DNA of 56,760 nt from Xylographa opegraphella (taxonomy: Eukaryota): positions 1 through 56,760 of the forward strand of contig JALDZX010000088.1 of assembly GCA_022813865.1 (NCBI GenBank), given 5' to 3'. Numbering within the stretch: the stretch's first letter is position 1; the number at the start of each line of letters is the position of its first letter. A program made the position numbers and the translations under genes. Below are positions 1 to 11,617 of this stretch, piece by piece. The notes below the pieces were generated by a model. It saw nothing but the letters and a program-made list of their open reading frames with translations, did not search any database and had not been told where the DNA came from.

Positions 1-60
1 GAACTAGCCTTCAGGTATTCCTTTATGCCTACCAGCAAGTGATGCTTCTACCAATTAACA
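1..60. mobile_element. Possible terminal fragment of an LTR (or other repeat) nested in the DNA-transposon remnant
   Basis: Composition switches abruptly at 60/61 from mixed to very AT-rich. The segment ends in TAACA (TGTTA on the minus strand), a typical LTR terminus. Only 60 nt are visible, so support is weak. Confidence 0.2.
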
Positions 61-628
61 AAAATAAATGAAAAAAGGCAGAATTCGCTTCGAGAATTCA
101 GCGACGGCGCGTTTATTATTAAAAAAATACTTTAAACTTTAAAAAGCTTAGGGTATTTTTTTCAAAAAATACGTTATTTAATATCTATTTATTTTTCGCG
201 ACGAATTTTCTGCTCGCGTTTATATTATAATTTACGTTATATAACGAATCATTTTAACTGTAAAAGTTTAACCCTAAGCCGCTAAATAATTTAAAACGTT
301 TTTTATAACTTTCTTCTTTTCTTTCGATAGTAATTATTGGCCGGCGTAGCCTTTCGCGCGGGTGGGGCGGCCAGCAAGGCGGGCTTAAAAAAACGCGCAA
401 TATTTTCGCGCCGGGCGATTTCGCGCAAAAAAGGTTGTTATTTGGCGATAATACAATTTGCACTGTATTATTCATGCTTTAATCCATTTATAATCAATTA
501 ATTAAATGTATACAATTAGGGGGGGGGGCTCACAATTAATGTAGGAAAGAAGGGTGTTTTGGGTGTAAATAGTGTTAAATTAGTGGCCCGCCTCTAGGGT
601 GTGGCCCGTTACCCGGTAACGGAGTCTA
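61..628 (-). mobile_element. Degenerate (RIP-like) 5' end of a Tc1/mariner-superfamily Fot1/pogo-type DNA transposon
   Basis: 52-bp TIR at 575-626 followed by TA (627-628). Internal DNA is very AT-rich and TpA-rich but keeps CpG. On the minus strand, broken frames give transposase-HTH-like fragments (RAKGYAGQ*LLSKEKKKV, KKYPKL, NKRAVAE) interrupted by stops and frameshifts. Confidence 0.75.
575..626 (-). repeat. Terminal inverted repeat (left copy): GACTCCGTTACCGGGTAACGGGCCACACCCTAGAGGCGGGCCACTAATTTAA on the minus strand
   Basis: Its reverse complement matches 56622-56673 at 47/52 positions. It carries two internal CGGGCCAC repeats, resembling (from memory) Aspergillus Tan1/Vader-type TIRs, and is flanked by TA. 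Confidence 0.85.
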
Positions 629-1496
629 CATAAAGTAATAGCACAAAGGCGTGTTCTGAAGGTCACATAAGGTATTGCACCCCTATCCTTTCTCTCATTG
701 GTTTCGTGCTGCAGAATTGGAGAAAATCAGTCTTGACCTTATAGTAGGCCTTTCCAGATCGGCCTAGCATCAAACGATAGCCTGCTCACGCTTACAGTAA
801 GGTAAGGTATCCAAAGCCACCACCCTAAGGTATGCCATGTGCGTCAAACTCAACAGCACAGAAACGTACCTGGGCAAACACTTCTGTCACTTCTGTCACT
901 CCCATGTCCGAAATCTATGGTAGTGACGATGGACAACTGTACTCACTTGGCTTCAACTTTATTGTGAGGGTTGGGGTCTTCATGGCATAACACTGTTATT
1001 ATGCCATGGAATAATGTTTCACCTTCAGTTGGGCTGCACCAGGAATCGGAACTCTCCGCCGCTGCGGGCGATGGGGCTGTGCATTTCAGACGTTTGGTAC
1101 ATCTTACCGCTACCTTTTGCGTCCAAAAGTGCGGCGAGGAACCGCCCCGGTTTCTGCTGTAGCCCTGCGTCGCATGAGAGAGTAACCGGTTTTATACAAA
1201 GCTGGCTCTAGATTGCGCGGATTGCTTGAGCGGAGGACTTTGGCTGTCATATAGGAGAGTAGATAGAATGGCAGGATTGTGCGCTCTGGCGCGGGCTACT
1301 CAGATAGCATGAGCAGATTTTTAATGCATGTGGCAAAGCGAACATTGATAACCATGTAGAGGACATTAGACTGCGTTGTTCTTTTCTTTAGATATACCGT
1401 TAGATTTACATTCTTGTGTATACCGCGAAGCAACCCCAAATCTCAACTCTGCGCTGGACGACTATTCCAAATTTTTCATTCACATGATATCTGCAT

Positions 1497-2958
1497 TCAC
1501 GCCGTCCCCACCCCGACCTGCTGCTGCTGTTGACCCACCAGTCCCTGCCCCCGACCAGACAATCCTGTCGGCGTTGTCGTCGCGCTGCGCTCTCTCTCCT
1601 TAAGCGCTTTCATGTACTCGGGGTACAGCTGCGCGAGCTCGGCGTACAGCGACTTGAGGCCTTGCACGCCTCCCTCGGATAGGGTACTGCCGGGTACTGC
1701 GGGGGCGTCCATGATGGCGGGGTGGCGGGGGAATTGGTCGGCGGGCTTGTGAACGCGGTCGGCGATGTACGCGAGGTAAGCCAGGTTAGATTGCAGGCGG
1801 CGCATGCACCTGTGCATGGATGGGTAAGTTAGCAAGAGCTGAGGCAGACACTGGGGGGAGGTGGAATGTGAAGTGGAAAGAGATTGCGGCTGATGTGTTG
1901 GGTAGACAACGTTGAATGCGGATAGAACAGTGTTCACTGATGATAGTGGTTTGATACCAGGTCCGTGACCTGGGGTATGCTTGCATGCTGCGCTTACTGG
2001 ATGTACTCCTGACTTTGTACCCAAGCCTTAGCATTCACAGCGCCATCTCCACCGGCAGTCGCCCCACCGTCTTCTTTTGGCTCTACATCCCCTTCCGTGC
2101 CTGTGGGTGAGGCCTGGCCAGGCTTTTGCGGAGCAGTAGGCAGCTGCGGAGGGGGACCAGCCCTACCCGCAGCCTGCAGTTGCACTATCTCTTGCAGAAG
2201 GATCCGGTTGATGTCTAACAGGATGGTGACACGTTGGGTTTCCCGTTGAGCGGACGCAGGCGACAGTGGAGGCTGGAGGATGGGTTTCTGAGACATCGAG
2301 CTCTGAGGTCGTTGTTGCATCTGGGCAGGGTACTGTTGCTGCTGCTGCTGTTGTTGTACAGACGGATGGGACTGGTTTGGCGCCATTGCCGACGCCATCG
2401 ATGACCTAGCCGGACTTAGGCTTTGATTTGAAGTTGGTCCCTGACGGTGGATGGGCGAAGAAATCGATGGTGCGGTCTGCGGGTAGTAAGTTTGCGCCGA
2501 CTGTGGTGTGGAGTAATCGGCCTGAGACGCTATGTACGCAGAAGAGGTCGGCGGGTCTAATTGGAGAGGACAGTTCGAGTCAGCGCGCAAGCTCTGGCCA
2601 GGGAGTGAAGTAGATGAGATTAGATAGAAGACTAATGCGGATGGGGGCATTGACCATTCGACAATGGAGGCTGTTGATAGGCAGACGGCGGCTGCCGCGA
2701 GGGCATAGCCATCTGCATGGTCCCACCGGTCATGGAAGGCGCCGTGGTCGAAGGCGGAGGCATGGCCGCCATCGCTCCTTCGCCGCCATAGGAGAGCTGC
2801 TGCTGATGGGCCAGCGGGTGCTGGAAAGCGGCATGTGACAGGTTCAAGTGCTGGTGCTGGGGCAGGTGCTGAGGCTGCTGGTGGTGCTGCTGGGCGGGGA
2901 TGGAGGGACGGGCATGATTCGCGGGCTCGTAGAGGGCGTGCTGGTTGAAGTAGGCCAT
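1497..2958 (-). CDS. Gln/Pro-rich protein with C-terminal SSXT (SS18/Snf11-like) domain, putative SWI/SNF-associated coactivator; complement(join(1497..1809,1998..2556,2655..2958)), 391 aa
   Basis: Three ORF pieces are joined in frame by introns GTCAAT..GCTGAC..TAG and GTAAGC..GCTAAC..CAG. Motif ILLDINRILLQEIVQLQ...EYIQCMRRLQSNLAYLAYIAD resembles the SSXT domain. Contains a polyQ tract. Confidence 0.7.
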
Positions 2959-4211
2959 TAAGTACTTTGGGGCCGGGGCGGCGAGAGGGTGTGGTTGTCC
3001 TGACGCCGGCCGCCTAAGGTACATCTCATGCGCGCGCAGGGATCGACAGTCCCGCGCTACCTTAGCGCAATGGAGGAAGTCCCTTAGCACGCTACACGTA
3101 ACATAGTACGGTACCTAAAATACCTAGCGTGGAGTAAGGTAAAGTACTTCGTACGTACCTTACCATACCCAAGGTCCCGTCCGACCGAAGGTAATCAGGT
3201 ACTACCACAGTAGGTACCACTCGTGCCTTCGACTACCATGACCCCTTGTCGGTGCTTGCGCAAGCGTCGCGCGAGCGTACAGATAAGGTAATGACACCCT
3301 TCTTTGTTCTCGTCCTTGCCAATCTATCAAAGACGTATGTCAAGGCCGAAGGTTCGAGTGCACCAAGCCGTACGGCCAAGTAACTACCTCGACATACATG
3401 CATCGAGCTCGCTCACTACCCCATGCTCACGGTGCCTTGGCGCCTCTGTTGTGGGGGCATCGAACAACTGACTTGACAGACGCAGCGCCATACATCGCGA
3501 TCATGGCAAACACAGTGACCAACTCCTCAGGGGTTTAACACAGCCGCGGAGCAAGCTCTATCCTTTACAAGCCCCCCCCCCATGCCCCTACCAAACCCTC
3601 ATGGCTGCCGCCTACAAGAGGGGCCTCACGACAAAAGCTCTTATCGTCGGTAGTCTGGGCCTCGACTCTGAGCACCATTTATTTTCTTCTTGGACACCTC
3701 TGTGATTGGGCTGACAGACATGAAAGTCGTGTTAGCAAGTATGCAGTTGCTGGAGAAATATTTCGACAATCCAACAGCGCTCAGCTTTGCGTGTGGAGAT
3801 GCGCATGAATGCGCACAAGAAGGAGATATTGCCATATGGGACAAAGCCACTGTACTTGACCAAATATAGAGCTTGGCTGGTCTTCCGTTGCCGGACTCGT
3901 TCTTGCACGAGTCGCATAGCTTCTGCTAGGAAAATCACACGTCATTGAGCTCTTGGCAATGTTTTGCGCCACATAGACCTCCAGGCAGTCTGAATGGTCT
4001 GCGGAAGACAATGTGTGTTCGAAATGCGAGAAATTGGAACTTGTTTAATGGGTCGCTATCGAAAAGTTTCGAGAGCATTGATGAGACGTCCTCGGCGGAT
4101 AGCGTCACTGTACGGACTGAAGCTTTGGATATCCTTGGAATCAAGCTTAGCCAGGGTTGTGCTTTGCTGAGATTGCAGGATCTGTGACATTTCTCCTAGA
4201 ATATTGACCAA

Positions 4212-5513
4212 TTACCTTTTCCTCGTCTTCATTTCTTGTATCCACTCCTCCGCTCTTGCTTTCGGTAAGAGACTCGCGCGAACTATTCCATCTACTATCT
4301 CCACTTTCCCGCCACTTAGTACTTTCAGCAATGGTACTTTCTTTCCCCATTTTATGAGACCGCCTTCTTTTGTTTCCATGTATGCCTCAATGCTATTCTG
4401 GCTGTATTCCTGTTTTTCGTCCCACGGAAGGGGTAGGAGATACCCCAGATGTCGGCTGACGCTCTGCTCTTCACCGAATGCTTTAATGAAGTCGGACTTC
4501 GCATGTAGAGGATAGAGAAGGAGAAGTGGGAAAGTGAGGGTCGAAGTTGCCAATGCTAGTGGGTCCGGAACAAGACAGATGGATGCATCTTCAAGGTCCG
4601 GAGGGTTCTTGGTAGTACGTGTTGTGATTTTACGAAGCTTGATCGCTGCTATGAGCGTCTCGGCTTCTTTCTTCCGGCGCTTTTCTTCTTCAAGCTGCTT
4701 TTGAGAAAGTGCTTCAGCCGCAGATAATTGCGAGGATATCTTGGCATGAAGGGCGACAAGAGCCGAGTTGGTGGGATGATGGGCTAAACCAGCGGCACAG
4801 GCGAATAGAGCGTCAGGAAGTTTCCGGAGAGCGACAAGAGCGAGCGAGAGACGATAGCTTGCTTTGACATTCGTAGGTGCCAGGGCAAGGACGCTTTGGC
4901 AGTCAAGTGTGCAGGAGCGGAAGTTCTCTGTTCATGTTTGTCAGCTCGATACTGAGACGTATCGCTAATATACATGGACTTTGCAGTCCTTCAAAAAGTG
5001 ATAAAGGTGTCGCTTACTCAATTCAATATGACACAGCGCCCTATTGACCAAACATGCTTCCCTCACCTTCATCTCTCTCTGGTCCTCTTCTTCTCCTCTT
5101 GAGTCCTCTTCTTTTCCTCTTGAGTCCTCTTCTTTTCCTCTTGAGTCCTCTTCTTTTCTCTGTACTCCCAGCGCTGCTAAGCCCTTCGTGTAAAATTCCT
5201 TTCCGTCAGCCCACTTCTTAGCCCTGGCCATTTCATTCCCTTGTTCTCGAAACCCTTCTGCTATTTCGGCACGTGTGCCTTCGTACATCAAAGCACGAAT
5301 GGCTTCCATTCCTACATTGTCTTCATCAGTGGTATCATCGGTAGAGGTCATGAAAAAGGGTGATTTTTTTAGGTCGGCAGCCACCTCGTCGATCGACATC
5401 TTATTGGTGTTCGAAAGATGAGGTGGAAGAGAAGGAATAGGCATTGCAGATTCAGCAGCAGCCGCTATTGCTAGGTGGTCATGATTGTCTGAAAGCTCTT
5501 CGACTCGTGACAT
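4212..5513 (-). CDS. CNS1: Hsp70/Hsp90 TPR co-chaperone Cns1 (TTC4); complement(join(4212..4927,5018..5513)), 403 aa
   Basis: Motifs LKKSPFFMT, EAIRALMYEG..AEGFREQGNE, TPR NRALCHIELKNFRSCTLDC and C-terminal LTFPLLLLYP..SDFI. One GTAAGC..GCTGAC..CAG intron restores the frame. Confidence 0.9.
5083..5158. repeat. 21-bp in-frame tandem repeat (~3.6 copies) in CNS1, encoding (KEEDSRG)3-EEED
   Basis: Unit TCCTCTTCTTTTCCTCTTGAG is repeated directly in the sequence. Confidence 0.95.
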
Positions 5514-5894
5514 ATTGTGAGGACAGTCGTAGCTCCGGAAAGCTGGGAACGATCAATGTACACAATGTTTGGTACTCGTACTCCGTACTTGTTGTACTTC
5601 ATATTGTGCTTCGGTGGGCAGAATATTATCTCCCGCTCACCGCCTTCTTATCGATAGGATAATCCTCGCACTAGGATACCTTAGGTCCCACTGCGTAAGC
5701 TTGGCAGACGCAAGGGGACTAGCCCTATGGGCGATGAGTCTTTGACTTTGCAACACACGGTAAAGTACCGATATCTTTTGTGGCTTAGAAGTCTCCGGAT
5801 CGCACAACGTCTTCCATAAACTGCACGCATCGTCACTGTGGTAACGACAATCTCCATATCCAATCGTTAAGCTTTTTTCGAGGAGTTTAAGATA

Positions 5895-7309
5895 ATGGTC
5901 TTCACTAAGTCTGCGTTTGATCTTTCCCAATGTGCTAGACCAAATATATTGTCTTTACAACCGTACCGCTGTGCTCGTGAGTGAGTATTGTGGCCATGCT
6001 ACTGGCTCAAAATCTGGACTAATTCGGCAGTGATTACAAGGACAACGGTACCAACATATTGCTAGATGCCAATGAGAATGCGTATGGGCCTAGTTTGAGC
6101 CTTCAAAGCAGTAGACCCGTTGGTCAAAACGGGATTAATGGCATCGAATCCTTAACCACACCTGATATGAAGCTTTTACTCGGCTTGAATAGATATCCAG
6201 ATCCGTACGAATCTGCTGTAAATCAGATTGCATGATGTACTGATGCTTGTAGTCATCAAATCGAGCTGAAGCAGATGCTCTGCAGCTTGCGCAATAATCA
6301 TACTTACGCGTCAATAACACTACGGCCCGAAAACCTATTTGTAGGCGTTGGATCCGATGAAGCCATTGACGCCATTCTCCGGTGCTTCTGTATTCCTGGT
6401 CGAGACAAAATCCTCACGTGTCCTCCAACCTACGGGATGTACGCGGTCAGTGCTCACGTAAATGACCTTGAAGTGGTCAAAGTGGCCTTAGATGTGTCTA
6501 ACGCATTCTCTTTACAACCCGATGCCGTTAACGAGAAACTCGCTCAAGACCCTCACATAAAAGTCGTCTATGTCTGCTCTCCTGGTAATCCTACAGGAAG
6601 TCTTATCTCCAAGCCTGCGATCCAGAAAATCCTTGAGCACCCAAAATGGAATGGAGTAGTGGTTGTCGACGAAGCGTATATTGATTTTGCTCCCGAAGGT
6701 TCCAGCCTAGCAAGTTGGGTCACGGAGTGGCCAAATCTGATAGTCTTGCAAACTTTCAGCAAAGGTTTCGGCCTTGCTGGTATCCGACTCGGAACAGCCT
6801 TCACATCGCCAGAAATAGCAGCTCTGCTCAACAATCTCAAAGCGCCGTACAATATCTCCACCATCAGCAGTGCATTAGCTTGTCAGGCGATGCAGCCAGA
6901 GAGCTTGGACGTCATGAGAAGTAATCGGTCCAGGATTGTGAAGCAAAGAGAAAGGATGCTGGCGGAACTACCCAAGATCCCTGGAATTGGCAGATTTCTG
7001 GGTGGAACTGAATCGAACTTTTTGCTCATGGAGATCCTCGACAAACCAAGGAACAGGGGAGGCTCACCAAACAACAAGACAGCCTTAGCTGTTTATGAAG
7101 GGTTAGCTGAGAACAAAGGGGTCGTTGTTAGGTTCCGGGGCAATGAGCCAGGGTGCTACGGGTGCCTCAGGATAACAGTAGGGAGAGAAGATGAGGTCGA
7201 CAAGTTTCTGAAGGAGATCGGGTCCGTCTTAGAAGAAGCTTACAGGGGAAGGTTGGACATGAGCAGCGGAATAGAAGAAGCACAAGCAGCGAACGCTATA
7301 GTCGCGTAG
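5895..7309 (+). CDS. HIS5: Histidinol-phosphate aminotransferase; join(5895..5980,6031..6204,6253..7309), 438 aa
   Basis: Motifs ARPNILSLQPYRCARDD, LLDANENAYG, LNRYPDP, GVGSDEAID, VVDEAYIDF and the PLP-lysine motif TFSKGFGLAGIRLG. Two introns keep the frame. Confidence 0.95.
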
Positions 7310-8352
7310 CGGAACGCGGTCAGTGATAGAGACATAGCTTAACACTCTTCCGAAATGAGGGAACCAGACATCACTCTTCTTTCATCTGAGGCGATGAACC
7401 ATCGTTGTATATCATTATACTGTCATTCTACTGGAGATGAGGTGAGGTGAGGTGAGGTACGGAGCAGGTAGTAGAGTAATTTGCGTTCAATGCGGATACA
7501 GCCAGTTTGCAACGGGCGACGCGTGACTGTGGCAGTGAGAGTCAGTCAGTCATCAGTCGGCGGGAGATTTCAGAACCGGCCTCGAGGCTAAAGCGCTCGT
7601 GCAGATTGGCGGGAGACCGCGCTAGCAACAAGCAGGCCGATGCCCTTAACCGCATGCAGCATACAACACTCGGGCGCGTCCGCCCACAGTCACTCAAGCC
7701 AATAGACGACGATTTGACACTTCATCCCACACCACCGAACTTTCGGACTAGAAATTGCAAGCTATGCTCATTGGTGCCTCACATCGCTCTGTACTGCTCT
7801 GTACTGTCGCTTCTTGCTCCATGACACATCCTGGCTCTACGATCACCAATTTCCTTCTTGTACTGCTCGTGCACTTTGCATCTGCTGTGGTTCGTTGACG
7901 TTCACCTCAATTATAGTCTGGCCTGGAGGAAGGAGGGCTACTGCTGAACCAGCGACAAGCTAACACCACCGAGGGATCGCTATTGCTACTACCAAGTCGT
8001 TATTGCCCAAGTACGCAAGGCGGCCTTTCTCTGGAACTTGTCACTTTCACCCAGACCGTCCCGAGCCGAACGTAGAAAACGTTGTCGGTGCACATAATAC
8101 TCATTAAGGAAGTCTATGATCATGCTGATTGCTCATACACATAAAGAACACGGCCATACTTTGTGATAGGCTTTCGTTTTTTCACAGGGTACCGCATCTG
8201 GATCCTTTATCGCCCATTATCAGGGTACCATGCATGTACCGAATCTAGGGGCTCACTTCTCCTAGTCTGACTTTGAAGCTTGCTGTTACAGCCAATTGCG
8301 CTGTGCAATATTCCTTTCCATTTCCCCGTCTTCCGCCAGTCCTTCATCCAAG

Positions 8353-11300
8353 ATGGTAAAGGCAGATCCGAAGCACGATTACTATGCCGATCTCAACCTT
8401 CCTGCGTCAGCTGACGTGGTCGATATTAAGAAGCAGTTCAAGAAGTTAGGTATGAAGTTTAGATGTGCCCAACAATGTTGATGCCCTAGCTAACTTGTTC
8501 GGCAGCCCTCAAATACCATCCTGACCGTAATCCAGGCAAAGAGATTGAGTTCAACTCAAAGTTCCAAGAAATTCAATCTGCCCACGAGATTCTTATCGAC
8601 CCGATACAAAAGAGCAAATACGACGCGGATCGTAGGAAAACTGCGGCGTTCACCTCCTATACCTCTCCAACAGCCACGAATACGCCTGCTAGAAGTCCAT
8701 ATACCAACTTCCCACCTCCGCCGCGGCCCCATCCAACGACTTCGAAAACTACATACCCCCAGTCACCATCTACGGGCGCAAGCAGGTATGCAAACTTTGC
8801 GGCGAATGACAAATCCTGGACCCGGCAAAACAACGATGCTCAAGCAAAAACGGAGGCTGCTAGAGCATGGGCGGAGATGAAGCATGGTCCAAATGCCGGT
8901 GGAAGCTTTGGCAAGAACACAAGACAGAACCGAGCCAATTCTTTTCAGACCCAACCCAACAACGAGCCGTCCAAAAGTTTCGCACCAAGACCACGAGCCG
9001 CCTGGGATCAAAATCAAGAAAAGCAGGGGAGTTTTCCTGGAATGGCAAGAGCTAATACAATGCGTGTTCCCAAAAAGGCCGGGTTTGCTCCTGGAACTCC
9101 TGGCGGAGACGAGCCGCCTGCAAGAACGAGCTCGTCATACTTTACAGCGGGTAGAGGCGAACGACAGGGGACAAGTAATCAGACACAGTATCCTCCTCCT
9201 CCACCAGGTCCTCCGCCAAACCCCAGAAGGCCCGATCCTCTCAAGCCCGAGTCTCCAAGGACCGAGGCATTTAGGACTGATCCCTTACGGTCAGCACCAC
9301 CAAGATATGACGTCCGCAATTCTCAAGGTTCTAGGTCATTTATGTCATCACAAAGTTCCAATGACCCTTTCACAAATAGCGAGCGCAAAAGCACGCCATA
9401 TGCTACCACAGGTGGTGAGCGGACTTACTTATCGAGTGAAGGAATTAACAGGTCTGCAAGCAGTAACACCAATCTAAAAAACGGCTGGCCCAGTGGATAT
9501 ACTCCAGGCAATACACCTCTTTCCACGCCCGGATCTGGTAGACATCGTAGTGCAAGCCCAAATATCAGGAGTCCGAACCGAGCAAGGTCTGTTTCGTCAG
9601 AGTCGTCGTATTCATCTGAGGAGGAAGTCCATCCACACGGTAAATCGACATCGACTCGTTATTGTAATTACAAAATCACAAGAAACTAATAATTGCATCA
9701 GCAAGAAGAGCAAGTGCGGATACTAGGCCAGTTGGTCTCCGTGAAAACGAGAGACAGCGTCGTCCAGGAAATCCGTCGGTCAAACACGAAGACGAGGACG
9801 AGCTACGACCCAAGCAGCGTTCTACTTGGGACTCGCAGACGAAACCCGCTCCGGCGCTTCACAGAGACTATTCCGCAAGTCAGCCTGGTTCCCGAAGAGG
9901 TAGTGGAGGCTCAGACGATGAAGGATTTTCTCAACATCGTGTGAAGAATTCCGAACGTGGACAACAACTCCCTAAGTCACCTTTGCATACGACTGCGCCG
10001 TGGAATTATCAGAACTTCGAAAAGCCGTTTGACAAGCCGCTTGAGAAATCGAAAAGTTGGCAAGAGAAATATGGTTCGAAAGAAGATGGAAATAATCAGC
10101 GGCAATTCGAACGCCCTTCATCGGGTCGTTCGAAAGACGCTCCTCCAATGTATGAATTTTCAGATAATACTTCTTCTATTACCCCTCGTCCTCTAGATGT
10201 AGACTGCAATGACCTGGCACCTAATCCGCTCAAGCGAAAGACCTGGCCATACTGGGCTATACCATCCAGTGTAATGCCAAGGAAGCATTTTCGGCCGCAA
10301 ACTTCACGAAACAGCTCATTTCATTGGAACAAGGAAGCCTTATTCGCCATGTTGAATCCTTACGCTGACAGTTTCTTACGCGATAGCTTCCATTTCCCGA
10401 GTGACAGGTCATCGTCGATTTCGCCTTTAAAGACCCAAAGCGCGGAGAACATAAACACCAATTTCTCATCGTCTGATTGGCATGGTAAGTTCAATGGCGA
10501 TGCAGAGGATTACCTGAGTGCGACTAGCAACGGCAGTGTTCCACGCGGAAGAACTTCACCCATCAAGGGGCGTCCGAGTGTATTCCGCGAACGTCCCAAG
10601 ATAGCCGTCTCTACCCAGTCAGCTCAAGGAAATTCAAGTGCCCAAATGCCACCGCCTCCAACGATACCAGTCCCTCAGAAGGTTCCCAATCCAGCCAAAT
10701 TCTCCACAGAAAAGTGGCATCAAACCTTCAAAGAACCGAATTGGGCTTTCCCGCCTCCTCCGCCAATTCAGTCACCGCGGCCCGGGAATCCAAAGCGCCC
10801 AAAAACACCACGAAAAATGTCGACAGCAAATAAACGGCCAACAGTACCAAAAACAGCGAGCGTTACTCCTGCGAACGATGGAGAGGATGAAGGGGACGCA
10901 TCAAATGAAGCGAGTAGTGCTTTAGGAAGTGAAGTAGATCATACTAATGGCGATAGTCCGATGGATATTGATCCTGCTGTGACACCGCCGTCGCCGATTA
11001 AACCTCCACAATCCCCACTAACGTCACGGTCAGACACATTTATTGACCCAATAGCACACATTATCCGCTCCGCTATCCCTCCAGATCTCTCCGCACACAA
11101 TATGGATGCTTCAAATGAGGGCGGTCACCTCAACCTCAGTGATCTGAAGAAAACAGCTCCTTTCGGCCCAAGTCAAGCTGGACTTCAGAGCCTCGACGAT
11201 CTTAAAACCACACTGCCTTTTCCTTCCTGTGCTTCCGCCATACGTGGTCAGTCTAGCGCTCCCCAGCAGCTCCTCCTGCCAAATCCACCCAAAGCACCTG

Positions 11301-11617
11301 CCATCCCAGACCATGTAAATCAATCTACATGGGAGCCGTATATAGCTTATATGCGCGCTTATATGGCAGAGTGGAGCCTCTTTAACACCAAGATGATCAA
11401 CCATTTCAGCACACGACAGGCAGAGGTGGAGACGAAGCTTGGTAACGATTGGATGAGCGCTATAGGCGAGGAAGGGTATGCCAAGTATATGAAAGGCGTG
11501 GGAGAGGACTTTCGCGTCCGTGAGCATTGGGATGTTAGCTGGGAGAAACATCGCGAGTGTATGAGGGGTCTGGGTAGGGTAAGAGAGCTGGCGGTGAAGG
11601 CGAAGTGTCATGTCTGA
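8353..11617 (+). CDS. Large DnaJ-domain protein with long Pro/Ser-rich disordered region; join(8353..8449,8506..9639,9702..11617), with a possible extra in-frame intron at 10150..10386
   Basis: N-terminal J domain DYYADL..IKKQFKKLALKYHPDRNPGKE..FQEIQSAHEIL with HPD motif. Introns GTATGA..GCTAAC..CAG and GTAAAT..ACTAAT..CAG join the ORFs in frame. Helical C-terminal domain. Confidence 0.85.

Noticed and set aside
904..1320. Short + strand ORFs downstream of the SS18-like gene
   Set aside because: Multiple stops in all frames, no family signal and no consistent splice model.
3330..3370. GGTTCGAG T-loop-like motif (also near 48134)
   Set aside because: No cloverleaf, acceptor stem or A-box can be built around it, so it is not a tRNA.
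5731..5738. PAC motif GCGATGAG in the CNS1/HIS5 promoter, and MCB ACGCGT at 36142 before RAD3
   Set aside because: Single short matches are expected by chance. These are yeast-defined elements with no conservation evidence here.
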